From the IMG/VR virus record IMGVR_UViG_3300029305_003178, positions 1 through 64,000 of that record: a stretch of DNA of 64,000 bases; one strand, given 5' to 3'. This document shows, piece by piece, positions 57,693 to 64,000 of the stretch. The position numbers and the translations under genes are program-made. Under the pieces are notes generated by a model. It worked only from the letters and a program-made list of their open reading frames with translations, ran no database searches and had not been told where the DNA came from. Within the stretch, counting starts at the first letter, position 1, and every line of letters begins with the position of its first letter. This stretch comes from a virus (lineage: Duplodnaviria > Caudoviricetes).

Positions 57693-59007
57693 ATGATGTT
57701 TAAAACAAACTCTAAAAATAATTATATTAAAGAGCATGATAAAATTCCATTGAAATTCGATATTTCAATGTTAAATATGTTTATAGGCTACTTATTTAAA
57801 AAGGCTCCTGGTATTACTAGAAAGTCTTTAAATAATATGAAAAAGCTTATAGATATTATAGATGAGACAATTTATGACGGTAATGATCAAATGAGTGAAA
57901 GATTAGAGTTTATTAAGAATGCATTAGATGCAAAACTCAATCAAGGATTTGAAAATGATGAAATGATCATCAACTATTGTCGTAGCGATATAGACAATAA
58001 AGAAAATAAAGAAATTATTGAAAATATTCCGTTATATACAAAGATAAATTATGATGAGATAACATATATCAATAAAGCAGTAGAAGATAGATTAAAATTC
58101 TTCTATTTATATTATTATAAAGATAGAATTTATAATGTTATGGAAAAATTAGATAGTGGTAATTATAAATCTTTCTTTGAAATTAATAATGAAGCAATTG
58201 ATGTATGTACTCAATTAGTTAATGCTGCAAGAAAAGTCAAATCAGTTGATGAAACGGATACATTTTCATTATCTGATGAAAATTTTGAAGATAATATTAT
58301 TGACATTGCAGAGAAATTAAAAAATCCATCAAGCATATTACAAACTGGTATACAGAAATTAAATCAAATGTTTGCACCTGGACTAATGTCTGGTAGACTC
58401 TATATGTTTCTTGGTCTCCCTGGTGGATATAAATCTGGTATACTTCTTAAAATAGCAAGAGATATTAGAAAATATAATAAAAATATTATAGGTAAAAAAC
58501 TCGGTAAACGACCATGTGTATTACTTATAACAATGGAAAATTCACTTCAAGAAACAGTAGAACGATTATTTAATATGACTATAACATCCACTAATATTAG
58601 AGATTATACTCCTAATGAAGTGGTTGATCTTATTAAAAAATCCGGAGAGTTTGAACTAACAGATGAGAACGATATAGATATAATTATTAAATATTATGCG
58701 AATAGAACTATTGATACATCTGATTTATACACCATAATAGAGGATTTATCAGATGATGGTAAAGAGGTTATAGCATTAGTATTAGACTATATCAAAAGGA
58801 TTCGTTCTTCGGAAAAATCAAAAGATGAAAAAGAAGAATTAAAAAATGTCACTAATGAATTAAAATCTATTGCTCAATATTATGATATACCTGTGATAAG
58901 TGCTTCACAGTTAAATAGATCCGGTGCATCTACAGTAGATGCGGCGTTACAGTCTAATAAAGAGGATCTCGGCAGACTATTGGGTAGATCTAATGTTGGT
59001 TCAGCCT
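57693..59007 (+). CDS. dnaB: Replicative DnaB-like helicase, exon 1
   Basis: GLPGGYKS Walker A, ITMEN, VLDYIKRI, SASQLNR; interrupted after GRSNVGSA. Confidence 0.9.
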
Positions 59008-59982
59008 TAAAGATTTATAGGGCTGATTAAATCTTTTTAATTGCTGGAAACTCCTTAGAGCTTAAGATACCAAAGAGTAACAATTCTTAAGATTGGACAA
59101 TCAGCAGCCAAGCTTTTGTAAAATATTGTATTAAAAAAGTATTTATTATTTATTCATTTATATATTATTTATAGGAAGGAGTTGATATTTATGAATTGCA
59201 CAATTGATATAGGTAATGAGTTATGGACTAATTTAGTATATAAAGATATTAAACCAATGTATGAAATTAGTACATATGGAAATATTAGAAATAGAAATAC
59301 TAAAAAAGTTCTTAAAAAATCAGTTAGTGAAAAAGGTTATATTCAAATTGGGTTAATGGTATATAGTAAGAAGAAAAGTAATAAGACATTTAAATTGCAT
59401 GTACTTGTTGCTCATACATTTTTATCAAAACCGCCCAATTTCTACTCAGAATACTATACTGTTAACCATAAGAATGGTAATAAGAATGATAATTCTATTT
59501 ATAATTTAGAATGGATAACATTTACTGAAAATATACAGCATTCATATAAACTCGGTCTTAATAAGCCAAGAAAAGGTTCTTTGAATGGTAGAAACAAGTA
59601 TGATGAAAAAATAATAGAATATGTATGTGAACTTATGTCTAAGAACTATAAAAATAAATATATTATAAACTGTGTGCTTGATAAATTCTCAATACAAATA
59701 TCAAAGCATGTCATTCATGATATACGACGTAAAAAGACCTGGACACATATTAGTAATAAATATTTTACAAAAGAAGGTTCAACGACTATCGAAAATTCTA
59801 ATAAAGATGAGTATCGTTATGATATTATAATCGAATTTAGAGATTAGTAGAGTACATCCAAGTGGATGGAAACGGAAGACATCTTATAATTATAAGATGA
59901 AGATATAGTCTGGTCTTTATGGAAACATAAAGAAGTTCATAAGAGAACTGCATAGAATTAACGACTCTATGTGAACATATCG
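59008..59982 (+). mobile_element. Group I intron in dnaB with homing endonuclease
   Basis: P1 TCAGCCT|T...AGGGCTGA with U-G at the splice site; P AATTGCTGGAAA, Q AATCAGCAG, R GTTCAACGACTA, S AAGATATAGTCT; terminal G; removal restores GSA-W-EIIENSDW. Confidence 0.93.
59191..59847 (+). CDS. NUMOD4/HNH homing endonuclease (intron-encoded)
   Basis: YEISTYGNIRN, LHVLVAHTF, VNHKNGNKNDNSIYNLEWITFTENIQH; own early motif at 59159-59168. Confidence 0.92.
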   Translation: MNCTIDIGNELWTNLVYKDIKPMYEISTYGNIRNRNTKKVLKKSVSEKGYIQIGLMVYSKKKSNKTFKLHVLVAHTFLSKPPNFYSEYYTVNHKNGNKNDNSIYNLEWITFTENIQHSYKLGLNKPRKGSLNGRNKYDEKIIEYVCELMSKNYKNKYIINCVLDKFSIQISKHVIHDIRRKKTWTHISNKYFTKEGSTTIENSNKDEYRYDIIIEFRD

Positions 59983-60308
59983 GGGAAATAATAGAAAATA
60001 GTGACTGGTGCTGTATTATTAATATTGAAAGAAAGAAAGATACTGGTCAGTATTATCTTACTTTCAAGAGAGTAAAAATTCGTTATGGTGATCCAACAAA
60101 TTTAGATTACATAAATCATCCTTTTAATATGGACAATAGAATGCAGTTAATTGATGATATAGAATTAGCCCGTTCTTTATCTGAGGACAGTTTAGCATCT
60201 AATTTTGAAGGTATTGAATTATTGAATAAAAAAGGTAAAAGACATGCAGTTGAAAGAGAGACTGTAGATGATGAAGGATTATTTGATTTTTCAAAATCTA
60301 TAACTTAA
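59983..60308 (+). CDS. dnaB: DnaB-like helicase, exon 2 (not in ORF track)
   Basis: WEIIENSDWCCIINIE...LTFKRVKIRYG; spliced CDS 1641 nt, 546 aa. Confidence 0.88.
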
Positions 60309-60328
60309 TAATAATTTATAATTTATAT

Positions 60329-60340
60329 AACATAATGATA
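60329..60340 (+). promoter_or_regulatory. Late-type promoter for tRNA cluster
   Basis: AACA-TAATGA-TA ~60 bp before the first tRNA. Confidence 0.5.
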
Positions 60341-60396
60341 GGAGAGAAAAATATTCTATTCTCTCCTATCCATCTAAAACTTTTTATTCATTATGC

Positions 60397-60484
60397 GCCG
60401 AAATACCCAAGTGGTTGAAGGGGGCGGTCTTGAAAACCGCTAGGCGGGTTAAACCGTGCGTGGGTTCAAATCCTACTTTCGGCG
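60397..60484 (+). tRNA. tRNA-Ser(TGA)
   Basis: GCCGAAA/TTTCGGC acceptor, GCGGT-CT-TGA-AA-ACCGC, long variable arm, TTCAAAT loop; no encoded CCA. Confidence 0.95.
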
Positions 60485-60570
60485 TTCTCCTTTTCATGGG
60501 AAATTTGCTGGTCTGTATATGTGGTGGTATATATTAATATATCACCACTATATACGAATTAATTCATTTT

Positions 60571-60644
60571 GGGTCTTTAGCTCAGTTGGTTAGAGCAACC
60601 GGCTCATAACCGGTCGGTCCCGGGTTCGAGTCCCTGAAGACCCA
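60571..60644 (+). tRNA. tRNA with CAT anticodon, Ile2 (lysidine) type
   Basis: GGGTCTT/AAGACCC acceptor, ACCGG-CT-CAT-AA-CCGGT; overall pattern of Bacillota tRNA-Ile2; lacks initiator features. Confidence 0.9.
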
Positions 60645-60685
60645 TAACATTATTTTTTAATATTAACATAACATATTTCTAATTA

Positions 60686-60773
60686 GGAGATGTACTCAAG
60701 AGGCTGAAGAGGTGCCCCTGCTAAGGGTATAGGTCGTGAGAGCGGCGCGTGGGTTCAAATCCCACCATCTCCG
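60686..60773 (+). tRNA. tRNA-Ser(GCT)
   Basis: GGAGATG/CATCTCC acceptor, CT-GCT-AA loop, long variable arm. Confidence 0.95.
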
Positions 60774-60866
60774 TTTTGCATTATATAATTAAATGCAAAT
60801 GTGATAGTTTCTTCTTTGGTGTATGGAAACAATATTGATGAGGTTGCGTGAATTCCTCATCATTAT

Positions 60867-60949
60867 GCGGCTGTGGCGGAACTGGCAGACGCGCGGGACT
60901 TAAAATCCCGTTCCAGTAAGGAGTATGGGTTCGATTCCCATCAGCCGCA
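60867..60949 (+). tRNA. tRNA-Leu(TAA)
   Basis: GCGGCTG/CAGCCGC acceptor, CGGGA-CT-TAA-AA-TCCCG. Confidence 0.95.
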
Positions 60950-60997
60950 TTTTTAGAAAATTCTTCTTCCAAGCAAACACCAAATTTCTTAACAATA

Positions 60998-61024
60998 GGG
61001 AATAGCGAAATAATCGCTATTCCC
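60998..61024. terminator. Bidirectional hairpin terminator
   Basis: GGGAATAGCGA-AATAA-TCGCTATTCCC between tRNAs and convergent gene. Confidence 0.85.
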
Positions 61025-61034
61025 AATATTTTTT

Positions 61035-61472
61035 TTAGATTGATTCGATATATTTTTTATTTCGTCTTATATCTGGATCTTCTATAATTAATATCTCTTC
61101 TAATAATTTAATTATACCATCATCAAATACTTTAATAGTTTTTTTATTAAAGTCTAATATTGATGTCATATGATTAACTTTTAATAAAAATGACCATAAT
61201 TCTAAATTACCATAAAATTCATAACAGAATAATTTTGGTTGATATTTATATCTAAGATAATCTTTATCTGAAAATGTATATTCGATACATCTTTTCATAA
61301 GATAATCCCAATATTTATTTGGTAAGCTAGTAGTATTAATGATCAGTGCAGTATTATTAGAAGTCATTGTTAATTTATCTTTAAGATGTAATTTATGCAT
61401 AGTTATATCAACTTTATTATTATATTGACCATAGTCTGATAAACTATGGCAATTTTTAATATCTACTGCCAT
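61035..61472 (-). CDS. Baseplate-wedge-like (T4 gp53/LysM-like) protein
   Basis: YKYQPKLFCYEFYGNLELWSFLLKVN. Confidence 0.6.
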   Translation of the reverse strand: MAVDIKNCHSLSDYGQYNNKVDITMHKLHLKDKLTMTSNNTALIINTTSLPNKYWDYLMKRCIEYTFSDKDYLRYKYQPKLFCYEFYGNLELWSFLLKVNHMTSILDFNKKTIKVFDDGIIKLLEEILIIEDPDIRRNKKYIESI

Positions 61473-61485
61473 AATATTTCACCTC

Positions 61486-61848
61486 TTATACAGAGTCTAT
61501 AATATTTAAATCTCTTATATTATTATTCATACAGTTACAAGTTAATTGTAAATTTTTATATACCCAACCATACTTATCAGCTTTATGTTGTAAACTACAG
61601 TTTGGTGATCTTGGTATAGTTATATATCCTTGTGTAGATACACTATTTGATACAGATGGTTTGCAAGCGTCATCATTAATAAAAATATTTTTATTAAATG
61701 TTTTTCTTGAACCACTCTGTGGAACTTTAGGCATTAGTTTAGGAACTCTTACTTTAAAATTTCTTGCATAATATTTTTGTTTTTCATATAGATAACAGTA
61801 TTCACCTTGATTAATAATCAAATCTTTTAAGTTTTGTATAGTTTTCAA
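61486..61848 (-). CDS. Putative virion protein
   Basis: TTG start after GGGGTG; late motif at 61872-61883. Confidence 0.65.
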   Translation of the reverse strand: MKTIQNLKDLIINQGEYCYLYEKQKYYARNFKVRVPKLMPKVPQSGSRKTFNKNIFINDDACKPSVSNSVSTQGYITIPRSPNCSLQHKADKYGWVYKNLQLTCNCMNNNIRDLNIIDSV

Positions 61849-61956
61849 ACAATCACCCCACAATTCTGTATTAAATAAATGTTAAACTACTTAAATTATA
61901 GATAATATAAGATGAAACATAAATAAATAAGACTAAATAGAAAGATGTGATGCTTA

Positions 61957-64000
61957 ATGGGACTAACTCTAACTAAGCAACAACGAGAAGGTTTGATATT
62001 GGCTAAATTATGGTGGCCTAATAGATATAAAAGACAAGTATTTGAAATTTCTGGTGCTGCTGGTACAGGTAAAGCGCAACCAATAACTACTAAAATTCCA
62101 ACACCGAATGGTGTTATTGAATTAGGTAAATTAAAAGTTGGTGATTATGTATTTAATAGACATGGTAAACCTGTAAAAGTATTAGGTGTATTCGATCAAG
62201 GTGAATTAGATGCATATAAAATAACATTCGATGATGGACGAAGTACGATATGCAATGATGAGCACTTATGGTCTGTATATGATTCACATAAACCTAATAA
62301 AAAAATAAAAACTCTAACTGTCAGAGATATGTTAAATAAAGGATTATTTAAAAACGATGGTACTCATAGATATCGTGTGCATATGAGTAAAGCAGTTGAA
62401 TATGATGAAAAAGAATTACCAATTGATCCATATGTCATTGGAGCATTTATAGGAAATGGTTGCTGTACTGAAAACATATTATCATTTTCATCTAATGATA
62501 TAGAAGTAGTTGATAGTATAAGTAAATTAATTGGTGCTAAAGGTTATTATAAATTACCATCAAATAATTATACGTATGTATTTTTATTGAATGATAATGA
62601 GAGAGGTCACAAGAATCGTAAATATTACCAAACAGAATCATTTTTTAGGGATGTCCCAGAATTAATAGGATATTCATATACAAAACGAATACCTAAAGAT
62701 TATTTATATTCTAGTATTGAACAGCGTTGGGCGTTGGTTCAAGGATTGTTTGATACAGATGGTTCGATATCATGTAATTCCAGATTCAATATTTCATATT
62801 CTAGCATTAATTTAGGATTGATATTAGATATTCGCGAATTATTATTTAGTTTGGGCTATGCGTCAACTATTAGTATAGATAAACGAAAAGATAAGTATAA
62901 AAAAACTGGTGCATGTTATACATTATATGTTAAAGCGGATAATCAAATTAAACCAAAATTTTTTAGATTAACTAGAAAGCACAAATTTGCAGAAATTGCT
63001 AAAGATATTAAAAAACGACATGATTATAGTTTAACTTATATTCATAACATTGAAAAATTAGATTATAAGACAAAAATGCGCTGTATATATGTAGATGACC
63101 AAGAACATCTTTATTTAACAAATGATTATATAGTAACTCATAATACAACCTTGATATATCATTTAATTGATGAATTAGGATTATCTGAACGAGATGTATT
63201 ATTCGTAGCATATATTGGTAAAGCAGCATTACAGATTACACTAAAAGGTAATTCAGCGCAGACAATACATTCTGCAATATATAATAGAATTGAAGTACCA
63301 TTAATGGAAGGTGATAAACCTGTTCTTAGTAATGGTAGACATGTTACTAGATTTGAATTTGTTAAAAAGGAAACATTAGATTATCCATATAAATTGATAG
63401 TAGTTGATGAAGCCGCAATGGTTCCAGTCAATATTGCCGAAGATTTAAAATCATTCGGTGTACCAATCATTGCATTAGGCGATAAAAATCAGTTACCACC
63501 AATATTTGGTAAATCTTATTTTCTAAATAAACCAGATATCCATTTATCTGAGGTAATGAGACAATCTGCAGATTCACCAATAATTAAATTAGGGCAATTT
63601 GCAATGCATGGTAAACCTATAAAAACTGGAGATTATGGTGATTCTAAAGTAATATATAGAAGTCAATTAACTGATGAAATGTTATTAGATGCAGATGTTA
63701 TATTATGTGGTAAAAATAATACTAGGCAAAATATAAATAATCATGTAAGAAACGATATATTAAAACGGACAAAAGATTATCCATGTATAGGAGATAAATT
63801 GCTCTGTAAGCAAAATAATTGGCAGAAATTTGTTTGTGATAATATTTATCTTGTTAATGGTATGCTGGGATATTGTACAGATGTATACTTGGACTCATTT
63901 AATGGAAAATCTTTAGATATAGATTTTATGCCAGAATTTTTATCTGATGAATATTTTAAAAAACTAAAAATAGATTATAATCATCTATTAAATCCACAAG
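61957..64000 (+). CDS. RecD/Dda-like SF1 helicase with intein, 3' truncated (not in ORF track)
   Basis: Open frame to window end; GAAGTGK|TT, AYIGKAA, TIHS, VVDEAAMV, LGDKNQLPP, LSEVMRQ. Confidence 0.92.
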   Translation, partial: MGLTLTKQQREGLILAKLWWPNRYKRQVFEISGAAGTGKAQPITTKIPTPNGVIELGKLKVGDYVFNRHGKPVKVLGVFDQGELDAYKITFDDGRSTICNDEHLWSVYDSHKPNKKIKTLTVRDMLNKGLFKNDGTHRYRVHMSKAVEYDEKELPIDPYVIGAFIGNGCCTENILSFSSNDIEVVDSISKLIGAKGYYKLPSNNYTYVFLLNDNERGHKNRKYYQTESFFRDVPELIGYSYTKRIPKDYLYSSIEQRWALVQGLFDTDGSISCNSRFNISYSSINLGLILDIRELLFSLGYASTISIDKRKDKYKKTGACYTLYVKADNQIKPKFFRLTRKHKFAEIAKDIKKRHDYSLTYIHNIEKLDYKTKMRCIYVDDQEHLYLTNDYIVTHNTTLIYHLIDELGLSERDVLFVAYIGKAALQITLKGNSAQTIHSAIYNRIEVPLMEGDKPVLSNGRHVTRFEFVKKETLDYPYKLIVVDEAAMVPVNIAEDLKSFGVPIIALGDKNQLPPIFGKSYFLNKPDIHLSEVMRQSADSPIIKLGQFAMHGKPIKTGDYGDSKVIYRSQLTDEMLLDADVILCGKNNTRQNINNHVRNDILKRTKDYPCIGDKLLCKQNNWQKFVCDNIYLVNGMLGYCTDVYLDSFNGKSLDIDFMPEFLSDEYFKKLKIDYNHLLNPQ
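62074..63144 (+). mobile_element. Intein (357 aa, Ala1, class-3 type) with LAGLIDADG endonuclease
   Basis: AQP...IPTPNG...LKVGDYV; CNDEHLW; PYVIGAFIGNG; LVQGLFDTDG; MRCIYVD; IVTHN|T; inserted in Walker A. Confidence 0.93.

Noticed and set aside
57693-59030. Complete or pseudogenised 445-aa DnaB as given in the ORF track
   Set aside because: The stop lies inside a group I intron; exon 2 resumes at 59983
60781-61026. 81-aa minus-strand ORF
   Set aside because: Antisense to tRNA-Leu and a terminator
63008-63229. 73-aa minus-strand ORF
   Set aside because: Antisense to the helicase/intein frame
1-64000. Stop-codon reassignment
   Set aside because: Recognisable proteins are full length in code 11, coding density is high, TAA, TGA and TAG all end genes, and there is no suppressor tRNA

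Overview
AT-rich segment of a jumbo myophage genome, standard genetic code, most likely infecting a Bacillota (Clostridia-like) host. Its promoter grammar resembles the AR9/PBS1 (phiKZ-related) phages. Minus-strand blocks (3.5-15.2 kb, 27.3-29.0 kb, 43-55.3 kb, 61-61.9 kb) encode virion, fibre and baseplate proteins plus an amidase endolysin, most behind an AACA-N6-TA late-type promoter. Plus-strand blocks (15.3-27.1, 29.1-36.4, 40.2-42.6 kb) are dense arrays of small, often paralogous early genes behind a TATATATTAT motif. Recognisable enzymes are polyphosphate kinase 1, DHFR, a PD-(D/E)XK nuclease, an SbcD/Mre11-like nuclease, a DnaB helicase split by a group I intron carrying an HNH endonuclease, and a RecD/Dda-like helicase with an Ala-starting class-3-type intein (runs off the window). 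There are four tRNA genes. The least explained elements are an ~340-nt structured non-coding unit with its own promoter and terminator just before the nuclease/replication cluster, an array of repeated hairpin-promoter-RBS cassettes whose 7-bp core is flipped between copies, and a conserved structured leader before two paralogous fibre genes. All family calls come from motif recognition by eye; no searches or folding programs were run.
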